NCBI GenBank assembly: GCA_965645245.1
Contig: OZ287077.1
Coordinates: 310,001-374,000 of the forward strand
Direction of reading: 5' to 3'
Origin: Massalongia carnosa
Lineage: Eukaryota
Length of the DNA stretch: 64,000 bases
This document shows, in pieces, positions 1 through 10,405 of the stretch. Every line of letters begins with the position of its first letter. Within the stretch, counting starts at the first letter, position 1. The position numbers and the translations under genes were made by a program. The notes below the pieces were generated by a model. That model ran no database searches. It saw nothing but the letters and a program-made list of their open reading frames with translations, and had not been told where the DNA came from.

Positions 1-1090
1 TCGCACAGCATCTTCATGGGCCTTACCCTTCTGTTCGGTATAGATCAGTATATCATCCAAATAAACGATGCAGAAGACATCCAGTTTTAGTGCCAACGCT
101 TTATTAATATAAGCTTGGAAGGAGGCGGGAGCATTGGATAATCCGAACGGCATGACGCAGTATTCGAAATGGCCATATCGGGTGCGAAAGGCTGTCTTCC
201 ATTCGTCGCCTTTCTTAATTCTGATGCGATTATAGGCTGCAGTCAAATCCAATTGGGTGTATTGTTTGGCCCGTCCTAGTCGATCTAAAGACTCGCCTAC
301 TAATGGTAGCGGGTAGCGATTTTTAACTGTCAAATTGTTCAGACCCCTATAATCCACGCAGAGCCTCAGGGTACCATTTGCCTTAGGCACGAAGAGAATA
401 GGAGCTCCAGCTGGTGAGGTGGATGGCCGGATAAATCCATTAGCCAGGTGAGCATCGAGGTAGGCTCTTAGCACTGCAAGCTCTGTTTCTGATAGGCTAT
501 AGATAGGTCCATATGGAGGCTGCTTTCCATCCACGAGGTCGATCGCATGATCATGGGGCCCGTGCTCTGGTAGCTCGGCTGCACTATCTTCAGAAAAGAC
601 ATCTGCGAAATCCTTATAAGCCTCAGGGACCTTGATTTCTTGTACCTTCACTGAGGCTATTCTAGCTCGACGGCTCGAATGGATGTTATCTACACCTAGC
701 GCCTTAGCATGGACCACGTAGGTCGGTGTATCTTCTGATAACGCCTCTTCTATGAAGACTTCTGGCTCTATAAGCTCTATCCGATGAGTAGTCATCATGG
801 CCGATTGAACGCTTAGTTCTCGCCAATTCAGGGTCCTTGCTGACCAATCAATATCGGGATTGGCTAGCTGCAGGAATGGCATGCCCAACACGATATTATG
901 AGGTATATCTGCTATTAGGAATGTTTCCTCAAAGAAACGTTGCAGACCTAATTGATCAGTTACCCCGAACACCAACAGACCCATGCCATGTGTCATGACT
1001 TGCTGGTGATTAATAGCTTCCAAACTGACGCTGGAGTGTAACACTGTCAGAGCGCATATATTTGCGTAAGCTCTAGAAATAAGGTTAACT
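1..1090 (-). pseudogene. pol: Pol fragment (protease remainder + reverse transcriptase), out of frame with gag
   Basis: Manual minus-strand translation gives EVNLISRAY...IVLGMPFLQ...LRLCVDYRGLN...[14 protein letters not shown]...YLDD. Confidence 0.88.
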
Positions 1091-2386
1091 TCACCCGCTG
1101 TCAATTAGTGCTTTTGCTGTTTCTTTAGCGTGTGTTATTTCGTACTCTATGCAGGGTGCGACTTCCAATGTCTTAGGACTTGCCGATGCCTCTTTGATAG
1201 TAGTCGCCGGTAAGGAGGCAGCAGCGGCGACTATGCTTTTTTTTGGATGGGGACAGTCTTTTACCCAATGTTCGAGGGATCCACAATTATAGCAGCTATT
1301 CTTGTTATTATCTTGTATCTCGGTCACAGTGCCTAGCGGAATGGCATTGCTATTTGTCGACGGCGCGCTAGTACCAGCCGGAGCCGCATTCCTGCCGCCT
1401 CGGCCTCTTCCGCCTCTATTGCCTCTTCCGTGGTGACTACCTCGATGACCTCTTCCGCCTCGACCTCCGCGATGATTAGTTGGATATGGTTCTCGGCGGC
1501 CCTGATCGTTAGAAGCCTGGGCACCTTGCTCCCGCCTGGAGTAGCCTCTACCTGTTGATGATGGCAACACAGCCGCTCCCTCAGCTAGTTGTGCATCACT
1601 GATGAATTCCGCTATGGTAGCGGGATGTCGATGACCTAGTGCTAAGGAATTCCGAATTATTGGTATGACTCCCGTACGAAGCTTCTGGACCATCTGTTCT
1701 TCGGTAATAGGATGTTCCGGATCTGCATCGGCTAATATTGTTCGTAGGCGTTGTAAGTGGGCCGCAAAGGATTGAACAGTATCATTGGGACGTTGTTGTG
1801 CATGATGGTACTGCATCCAGGTTCGATCTTTGAAAACTTCTGTAGAGCCTAGTTGATTCATGAGGTTCTTTTTGAACTCCTTCCAGGTAAGATTCAGATG
1901 ACCCCCTCGTGATAGTATCTCATGCCAATTGTCGCTAGGGGTGTCTCGAAGGTAGCTGCCTGCATAGGCTATACGACGATCTTGTTCCGTTTCAGGCATG
2001 CCACTAGTGTTAAAGACAGCCTCGCATTGTCTGGTGAATTCGAACAAGGTCTTATGGTCCTTGCCATAGTACGGGTCGGGCGACTTAGCTTTGAGGTTAT
2101 ACCTGACAGATCGTTCCATGGAGCGAGGACGACGAGGATCTCTTTCCTCGTGTAGTCGTTCTAGTTCCCTTTCATTGGCAGCGAGACGGGTACTTTGCTG
2201 AGTCAATAAGGTGGCCTGGGCCTGCATGGCTGCTGTCTGTTCGGTCAAATGGGCCTGCATGGCTCTAATCTCGTCGATTAGCTGGTTTGGTGGTGTTTGT
2301 TCCAGCGTATCGTAGTCCAGTAGGTCATCACCCTGATTGGACGTGGGATTGGCCGAATTCTGGCCGCCTCGTCCTCGTGTGTTCAT
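1091..2386 (-). CDS. gag: Gag (CCHC zinc knuckle) fused to the start of the aspartic protease
   Basis: CYNCGSLEHWVKDC knuckle. The ORF ends ALIDSG*; the continuation EVNLIS lies in another frame, so there is an indel at the protease active site. Confidence 0.9.
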   Translation of the reverse strand: MNTRGRGGQNSANPTSNQGDDLLDYDTLEQTPPNQLIDEIRAMQAHLTEQTAAMQAQATLLTQQSTRLAANERELERLHEERDPRRPRSMERSVRYNLKAKSPDPYYGKDHKTLFEFTRQCEAVFNTSGMPETEQDRRIAYAGSYLRDTPSDNWHEILSRGGHLNLTWKEFKKNLMNQLGSTEVFKDRTWMQYHHAQQRPNDTVQSFAAHLQRLRTILADADPEHPITEEQMVQKLRTGVIPIIRNSLALGHRHPATIAEFISDAQLAEGAAVLPSSTGRGYSRREQGAQASNDQGRREPYPTNHRGGRGGRGHRGSHHGRGNRGGRGRGGRNAAPAGTSAPSTNSNAIPLGTVTEIQDNNKNSCYNCGSLEHWVKDCPHPKKSIVAAAASLPATTIKEASASPKTLEVAPCIEYEITHAKETAKALIDSG

Positions 2387-2654
2387 GTTGACGATAAATA
2401 GGTTGAATTGTTTGGACGGTAGGTGTGATAGGATTGAACTATCAACAGTCGGACCAAGCTATCCTAAGATATGGAGCTTTTAGAATTATAAGAGGGACAG
2501 TAGACACTAGTCCTTATGGGTTATAATGCTCAGTGTGACTGCTAATAGATTGGTAGGTGCTAAAGCTAAAAGCTGATTCCCTGAAGATGGGAATCGAGCT
2601 TTCTATATACCCCTTGGGGTCCTATTTACTAACTACTTGTCTGGTTACCTGTCT

Positions 2655-2811
2655 GCCTTGTTGCCTTCAGCTGAGGTCTAGTAGATAGCCTTGCTGCCTT
2701 CAGCTGAGGTCTAGCAGATAACCTTGTTGCCTTCAGCTGAGGTCTAGCAGATAGCCTTGTTGCCTTCAGCTGAGGTCTAGCAGATAGCCTTGTTGCCTTC
2801 AGCTGAGGTCT
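2655..2811. repeat. 33-bp tandem repeat (~4.8 copies) in LTR U3
   Basis: Unit GCCTTGTTGCCTTCAGCTGAGGTCTAGCAGATA, head-to-tail with no spacers. Confidence 0.95.
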
Positions 2812-3045
2812 CCTAGGCGTCCCAGGCCTCCCATGAGATCGAGGCTTATCTGAATAGCTTCAGTTGCTGCCTAATAAACTGGTAAGGCTGATTGCTGATG
2901 GCTTAGTATTGCTATCCGCCTTATCATGACTAAGCATCCGGATTATCAGTCACCCGGTCTTCTTGGGTGAGTCATCTCAGGAGCTAGCGCAGTCCTGTAT
3001 TGCCGCGCTATTACATAATCAGCCTTATACGGCGGCGCTGTAACA

Positions 3046-3590
3046 CCTACAGTCAACACCCTCGCTTTAACACCCCCTTTTCTGAATGCTTTTTGACGTC
3101 GTTGAGCCTGTTTAGCAAGCAGTTCTTGATTGGTGTGTTTCAGAATAACCCTATCAGCGACGGTATTCAACGCAGTTGTTTTAAGCAATTCAACATACGC
3201 GCGAGAAGATGGAGTCATACGGGATATAAGAGCATCGCTGGCCTCCTGAACCCGCTGGACCATTTTGGGGGCGTCGGTGAGGGTTTCTGAACGGGTAGGA
3301 GGTGTAGTAGACCTAGGCAGTTTGCCTAAAACATGCCCTGGACTAAAGGCAATAAGGCCTGCCCCCCGCCATGCACTCATGATGTTGATAGTCGTTATGG
3401 CCTGTTTTCTAGCCACCTGAATAAAGCGTAGGAAATCCAGTTTAGAAACAGTCACAGCCCCGTAACGTGATTGGCTGGAAACCAATCGTTTATAGGCCTT
3501 AGATAAAGGGCCAAAAATACCGACATCCAAAGGCTGCAATAAATGAGTAGAATGAGATGGCAAACAAAGAGGTATAATCCGATGCTTTAC
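3046..3590 (-). pseudogene. pogo/Fot1-like DDE transposase C-terminal fragment
   Basis: PSHSTHLLQPLDVGIFGPL motif; cut at KARVLTVG by the gypsy LTR. Confidence 0.88.
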
Positions 3591-3828
3591 AATTAATTGT
3601 TGAACTATTCTATCTTATTATTGATATTATTTACTTCGTACTTGTATCGTAAATTTATCGTATATTTCATTAGCGTAAGAATCAACGTCGTAAAAGATTC
3701 GTAGTTTTTCGTCGTACGAATAATAACGATAATTAATACAATCGTCACGCAATAAACGATATAAAATATGTTAAATTCTTTAACCGTTACTGTCAGGGTC
3801 CTAGCCTGACATAGGATTGCCTAGCGTT

Positions 3829-4014
3829 TGTAACAGGGGTAGTAATAAGTCACCTAAGCCACTGAGCCAAAAGGCTACTATGGTAGTTCTCCTATAGAGA
3901 CACTACCGCTTATTACACTATATATAGATGCCCCGCGCCTGATACGTTACCGTACCTCCTTAGGCGCTCATGTTTTGCGCCCGCTGGCTAGCAGTACTGA
4001 GTACCGCTATAACA
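3829..4014. mobile_element. Solo LTR
   Basis: TG...CA ends with an exact 5-bp TSD GCGTT (3824-3828 / 4015-4019). Confidence 0.8.
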
Positions 4015-4098
4015 GCGTTTAACAAACATGTTTAGCCAGCATCATGGAAGTACGCGAGGCTATAATCAATGTTATTCTTATCTAGATACTCCGCGCAA

Positions 4099-4268
4099 TG
4101 TAACGGCTCGACCTTGCGTGGTGCGGACGGCAAGACCTACAGCGAGCATAGCAGGAGTCCCAGTTATAGTGGAATAGAGCTTGGTCTGCGGACTAAGTAT
4201 TGTGCCTTTTGGTCGGGAGGACAGGTGGCGCAATGGTAGAAATCTATTCACTATCTCGCTTCGTCACA
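4099..4268 (+). mobile_element. Solo LTR of the self-priming TRIM family (same family as 48194 and 54466)
   Basis: 170 bp, near-identical to 48194-48363; TG...CA; flanks do not match as a TSD. Confidence 0.9.
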
Positions 4269-4467
4269 ATTTAATAAAACTTGATCAAATATAATTATAA
4301 GTCATCTAAGTTGATGAGTCGAAAGACTACTACGATAATTATTTAATGAAAATATTATTACTTGTTAGACGCTCGTGTATTACGTCTTCTGACTAGCAAT
4401 ATTAAATACCGTTGTAACATCAGTAATAGAAAAAGAGTATTTCATAATAAACTTTTATTCTTAAGAT

Positions 4468-4619
4468 TAAGCTGCGCAACGGGTTTGAATTTTGTCACAA
4501 AATTTCTTTTTAGTTATCGTGTTTTTCTTTTAAAATTCCATCTATACTTCAAAAATCATATGATTGGTCACAAACAGGTTGAGCTTTCAATAGAGAAACC
4601 CGTCTTATTGCGCGACGTA
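4468..4619. mobile_element. hAT-type MITE, 152 bp, degenerate
   Basis: Homologous to 62072-62223; TACG(C/T)CGCGCAA-type TIRs; 8-bp TSD CTTAAGAT/CTTAAGCT. Confidence 0.75.
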
Positions 4620-4716
4620 CTTAAGCTCACGATTATAAATTTCTTTATTGTTACATAATAACATAATTATAGTTATATATCTATTTTAACATATATACTC
4701 GAATTATTTATTTATG

Positions 4717-5175
4717 TACGTCGCGTAACGGGTCGGGTTGGGTCGGGTTTTGACTAGTCGATCCCGACACGCTACCGGGTTAAGGAACCTGTAGGGCTTA
4801 ACCCGGTAGGTTAGGGATCCGTTCCCGTGTTTACCAGTTTGACCCGTTCGACCCGGTCGATTTTTGATATCAATTTAAACATGTTTTCTGGACGTTTTAA
4901 ACACATTAAAGACTCTTAAAATTCCGAATATTAGTCATCAAGACATTTTGATGAGTAAGCAAAATTTTTATCATTTTAAACGTGATATTTTCGTCGAATT
5001 TTCTTGTTTAATTAGAATAAAAAATTGACTAGGTTGAACTGTATAACCCGGAAACCCGGATCAAAAAGCAGGACCCGTCGGGTCGGGTTCGAGAAGGTCT
5101 AACCCGACCCGAAACCCGACCCAAACCCGAGGCGTTGAATAACCCGACGGGTTTCCCAACCCGTTGCTCGGCGTA
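4717..5175. mobile_element. hAT-type MITE, 459 bp
   Basis: TIRs TACGTCGCGTAACGGGT...ACCCGTTGCTCGGCGTA; ACCCG subterminal repeats; 8-bp TSD TATTTATG/CATTTATG. Confidence 0.85.
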
Positions 5176-5221
5176 CATTTATGTAATCTTTTGACAAATT
5201 TTAAGTTCAATATTATATTTA

Positions 5222-6728
5222 GGGAACGGATTACAGGACACCACTTTAGTTAGATAAACACCACCTCCGGTTAGGTAAACACCGCTAGCCCTGGTAGTGT
5301 AGATTCCTCGGCCCCGCCCGCCTCTTCCCCTTATAGGTCTAGCGGTTGAAACTCCCACATTCTACCTGCACCTCATCCTTGCACTCATATTTCACATTTG
5401 ATCTGCAGGCACCCTGCCGCCGCCACGTCGTCATGCCGCTTCGACCTCCCGAAGATAGTCAATCCTTTGCCTCACTAGAAGACCTGTTGCTTAGAGTCAA
5501 TGAGCATGCCGCCCCCGAAGGCTACGCCGTGGTGCTTCTTCGAACCAAGAAAACCAAGCTGGGAGTGAGAAATAAAGCTTGATTAAAATGCGACCGAGGT
5601 AGAAAAGTCAGAGAACCGCAGGGTCAGGATCGTCGGCACACCAGCAGTCGACTAATTGCTTGTCCATTTGCCCTGACAGCCAAAATGGACGACGAGGTGT
5701 GGTTTTTGGAGGTGGTAAATGGGACACACAATCATCCGTCCAGTCTTGCTGGCTCTCATCCTGCCTTGAGAAAAATGGCTCTGACTGGTATAAAGGATGA
5801 CGTTACCAGACAGTTAACAGTACAAACGTCGGCGTCAAAGGTTTTGTCTAGTCGGCGTGTTCCCGATGTGAATACAGATCTCAGTCCTCATGATCCCAAT
5901 GCCGAGATCATTGTGAATCCGATGTTAAAACCTCGGGACATCTACAACTTAAAGGCGCAGATGAGACGTGATTTCTTGGGACCATTGACTCCTATTCAGG
6001 CATTGATTCGTGAGTTTGACGAAAAAGATTGGGTGTACAACTTTCAACAAGACATTTATCAGCAGATTACGCATCTCTTCTTCAGCGAGGGCAGTTCCCA
6101 AACTCTTCTGATAGATAATCATAAAGTTCTCATTATGGATTGCACGTACAAGACCAATCGATACAAAATGCCTCTTCTCGTCATCAGCGGACAAACCGCG
6201 CTACATACTACCTTTTATGTCGCCTTTTGCTTTCTGATCACGGAGACAGCAGAGGATTATATCTGGGCTTTACAGCAATTGAAGGAGGTGTATTCTCGAT
6301 TGGAACTTCCTGATTCAATTATTCTCGTGTCCGACATGGAGAAAGGATTAATGTTGGCATCTTCAATAGTTTTTCCAAATATCAATCATTTGCTATGCAT
6401 CTGGCACATCAATCAGAATGTGTTGACAAAGTGCAAAAAATCTTTCGACAATGAGGAATGGAAGATCTTTTTGTCAGATTGGAAATCAGTGATCTATGCA
6501 GCAACCGAGCCTCAATTTTGGAAGCTATGGGAGCATTTTTCTGCTACCTATATGACTTCTCATGAAGATTGTATTCGATATTTGAAGTCCACCTACATTG
6601 ATAATCATCGCGATCGCTTCGTGGCATGCTACACCAACAAGGTGCTGCATTTTGAGACAACGGTAACGTCGCGAGGGGAAGGCGCAAGTGCAGTATTAAA
6701 ACGTCAATTAGGATCTTCTCGTTTCTGA
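5222..6728 (+). mobile_element. Mutator-like (MULE) element, 3'-truncated, with a transposase pseudogene from ~5433
   Basis: FAR1-like N-terminus (EGYAVV...CDRG...CPF...HNH) and MULE motifs DCTYKTNRYKMPL, LLCIWHIN, TSRGEG; in-frame TGA at 5580. Confidence 0.88.
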
Positions 6729-7221
6729 ATTAAACTTTGACTGTGGGATTTCTGTTTAAAGATAGTATATCTATTCGTCACATGAATTTCGATAAAGATA
6801 ACACTTATTCTGCAAAGGCGGTCGGGAGCATTAGGACGAGGCATGCTTACGTGCATATGTTTTACAGGTTTTGGATGTATCAGGCTACATTAAAGACCGC
6901 ATATATAAGAACGATTTAATAGATAGAAGCAATTTGAAAGATAAGAAGGGTCGAAGAACTAACACAAAGGATGCTTACTTGCATACTTCATTCTCCAATT
7001 AGGTTCTACTAATCATTCTCGTGTTCGACTCGCAGTTCGCTACAGCACATATCAGAACAAACCGGTGAGAAAGGGTCGAAGAACTGACATAAAAGACGCA
7101 TATGTGCATACTGCATACTCCAAGCAGGTTCTACGAATCATTATCGAGTTCGATTTTCTAGCTTTGCAGCTGGCTACAGCAAAGGCAGCACTTATCAGCA
7201 CAGATTGAACTATATAGCTCA

Positions 7222-8691
7222 ATGAATAGTCTCAATGACACAACAACAGCAGAATACTCAATTCAAATCTTACCCTTGAAGAAAATCAAAAAAATGAGAC
7301 TCGATATCGTCAACTCTACAACTTGCTCCGTCTCAACCTCAATCGAGATCGCTCAAACCTATCACATCGTAAATTCTGTCTTCGATTCAAAGAGTCCCAA
7401 TCTTGCCGAATTATATAAGCCATGGAAACGTTGCCTGGCTGTAGTTGATCACTGGGTGCATCTTCTTTATGGTGACCAGATCAAGAGCTACTTTGAGGCC
7501 TACAATATCGCCGCTACAGTTCAGTCTGTAAACATTACAGAAGACAAGAAAAGTGTGGAAACTCTCCTGGAAATTTGTAGTTGGATCACTGATTTCGACA
7601 TCCTTCGTCGCGAACCGGTCCTCGTTATTGGAGGAGGATTGGTGACTGACGTTGTTGGGTTACTATTGAATTTCTTAATATTTCCAATCAAAGAGGATGC
7701 TTATATAGTATATTATATGGCTTACTTTTCTTTGTCTTAGTTTCGCCTGCGCCATTTATCGTAGAACAACACGTTACATCCGCGTGCCAACAACTCTTAT
7801 TGGTCTAATCGACGCCTCAGTCTCAAACCGCGTTGCTGTAAATTGGAATGGTTTGAAAAATCGCCTAGGCGGTTACCACGAACCTCTTCATACCATTATC
7901 GACGCCACGTTTTTGAGAACGCTTCCAGAGGCAGAGGTCAGGAACGGTATTGCTGAAATATTAAAGATTTCCTCGTGCACTCACATTGCTACCTTTGAAA
8001 CACTAGAGCAATATGGCGTGAGCTTAGTCGAGAGGCGTTTTGGACACATCGATGGGGACAACGGTGAGCTGGCTAGTATTGCAGATACTGTGATTCGCCA
8101 AGGTAAGACAATGAGAAACATATATTGATTCCTCCACACTAATCATATATCCTTTACGCAAATGTTTACACCAACTTACTTTTCTCTATCTACTCAGCAA
8201 TCCAGTCCGTCCTCGAAGTTGAAGTTCCCAACTCTCGCGAACAATCCCTAGACCGCGTAATGTATTTCGGTCACACATGGTCCCCAGTCCTTGAACTCGC
8301 CGTCTCACCGCCCCTCCTGCATGGCCATGCTATTTCTGTCGATATGTGTTTTTCTGCAACCCTAGCGCACCATATTGGCTTACTCCCCTCCAATCAGTAC
8401 TACCGCTTCCTTCGTGTGTTTTCTACGCTGGGCCTGGCGCTGGATCATCCTGCATTTACGCTTCAACTGATGAAGAAAGCTACAAATGCAACGATTGCGA
8501 CCAGGGATGGAAGATTGAGGGCACCGGTGCCGACGGGGGGTTTGGGGAGCCATGAGATTTTGCAGATGATGGATGAGGGGATTTTGACAAAGGTATGGGA
8601 AGAGCATAAGAGAGCCATGGAGGGGTGGCCAAGGAAGGGATTAGGATTGGATATGGATATTGCTATAAGACTTTCGCAATTGCCGAATTAG
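7222..8691 (+). CDS. Sugar-phosphate cyclase, DDGS (demethyl-4-deoxygadusol synthase)-like; exons ~7222-7658, 7741-8102, 8198-8691 (start may be the ATG near 7293)
   Basis: GGGLVTDVVG, PTTLIGLIDAS, KNRLGGYH, AEILK, LDRVMYFGHTWSP, LLHGHAISVDM. Two GT-AG introns (7659-7740, 8103-8197) join the three ORF-track pieces in frame. Confidence 0.87.
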
Positions 8692-9274
8692 CCCTTTGGG
8701 CGAACCATTGTCATTGAACAATCATGTACCTCAAAGGTTATAGATAGGACAAAAGAGGGTTGCTTATTTGACCATCATCAAAATAAAACGCTGATTCTTT
8801 TCTTTTATGATAGAGTAGGAACCGTCACTGCTTTGAAAGCTTTCTGGACATAGATAGGTAATGAGCTTGACATTTCTTGGGAGTTTACTTTTTAAATAGA
8901 AAGAACTCGATGATAGAATCTCTTTGATCGATTCTTATTTAATCAACGAGAGTCTACAATAAAATAATCTACTCTTTTTATTGGGAACTAATACCGGGAC
9001 GCCCCTTTTCCCTACCTTGACACCTTGACACCCTCATTCTCTAGGTTAACACCCCCAAGTACAGTCGACTGCAAAAGGTTGGTCGCGACCCTGAATTTGG
9101 GACCACACATCACGCGAAAATGGCAAAATGCCGGCAAAAATCCGAAAAACTACCCTCACCGCCTACATGCCAATGAAGTCGTACTACTGGTCAGTATTGA
9201 AGCGACTTGTAGATTAGTATATGTAGATGCCATTCCCCGTCTTTTTTCCCTCTCTCCTCTGCCATTTTCCCAAA

Positions 9275-10319
9275 ATGCCCCCCCCTCTCAGTGAGACCCT
9301 TCGTGAGACAATCACGCTTCGTTTTGTACGAGGTGACAGCAATAAGACAATTGAATCTGTCACTGGTGTTGGCATCAGACAGATTCAACGAATGAGACGT
9401 AATTGGACTCATTTTGGAGATGTGATTCTACCTCAATTGTCAATTGGACATCGCCCTCGTAAACTCAGTCAATTTCATGAGATTGAACTTCTGAAATATC
9501 TGGAGCAACGTCCGCATGCCTATCTGGACGAAATGTGCTGGTTCATTTGGGACGAATTTCAGATCTCTGCAGATGAGACCACCGTTGGTCGTGCCCTAAA
9601 AAGGCTTGGTTGGAATCGAAAGAAGGTGATCAAACAAGCAGCTCAAAGAAATCAAGGCCTTCGAGATGGATGGATGCAGAGACTCGGAGAATGGACTGCA
9701 GAGCAATTGATCTTTTTGGACGAAAGTGCAGCTTGCGAAAGAACCGGTTATTTCCTATCTCATCTTTCATCCCATCTTCGTCATTTTTCTGACTTTCTGA
9801 CTAGGTGATCGACGATACGGATGGGCTCAGGCAGGCGTCCCTCCAATCATGATTCAGGATTTGAAAAGGTCAAAGAGATGGAGCATTCTTCCTGCATTTA
9901 CCGTCGATGGATATATAGCTTGGGAGGTGCATCAGGGCTCCATAACTGCCGAAATTTTCAACGACTTCGTTCGAAATCAGGTTCTTTCTCAGACGACTGC
10001 CAATGGAGGTCCTAGATCTGTTTTAGTACTAGATAATGCCAGCATTCATTGGAATCAGGAGCTTATTCAGATGTGCGAGACAGCCAACGTCACCTTGGCA
10101 CGACTACCTCCTTATTCTCCATATTTCAATCCAATTGAAACGTCGTTTGCATTGCTAAAGGCATGGATTCGACGGAATGGAGAAATGAGTCTTTCGTACA
10201 CGGAGGAGTATGGGGGATTCGGACAATTTCTTCGGGATGCAGTCAAAGATCTGAGAATGGGAGGCCCGGGAAATTTATTTAGATTGGCTGGCATTCAGTA
10301 TCCCACCATTTCAATCTGA
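9275..10319 (+). CDS. DD34E transposase; exons 9275-9746 and 9805-10319 (in-frame upstream ATG at 9227)
   Basis: HTH-like N-terminus; IFLDESA, LDNASIH...PPYSPYFNPIE with 34 residues between D and E. Intron 9747-9804 restores ERTGDRRYGW. Confidence 0.9.
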
Positions 10320-10405
10320 TTAGATACATAGTATCTAATCCTCATCTTCATATTCGGCATAATCGTATTCTAGACTATGCGTTTCATCTTCCTCAATTGT
10401 ATCTC

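Larger units (their letters stand above)
1..3045 (-). mobile_element. Ty3/gypsy LTR retrotransposon, 5' part (5' LTR ~2487-3045, gag, start of pol); runs off the window's left edge
   Basis: The LTR starts TGTTACAGCG at 3045 (minus strand). Gag has a CCHC knuckle, followed by protease LIDSG and RT motifs (LRLCVDYRGLN, MPFGL, YLDD) toward position 1. It interrupts a pogo transposase. Confidence 0.93.

Noticed and set aside
2655..2811. CRISPR-like 33-bp repeats
   Set aside because: No unique spacers and no cas genes; the repeats lie inside a fungal LTR.
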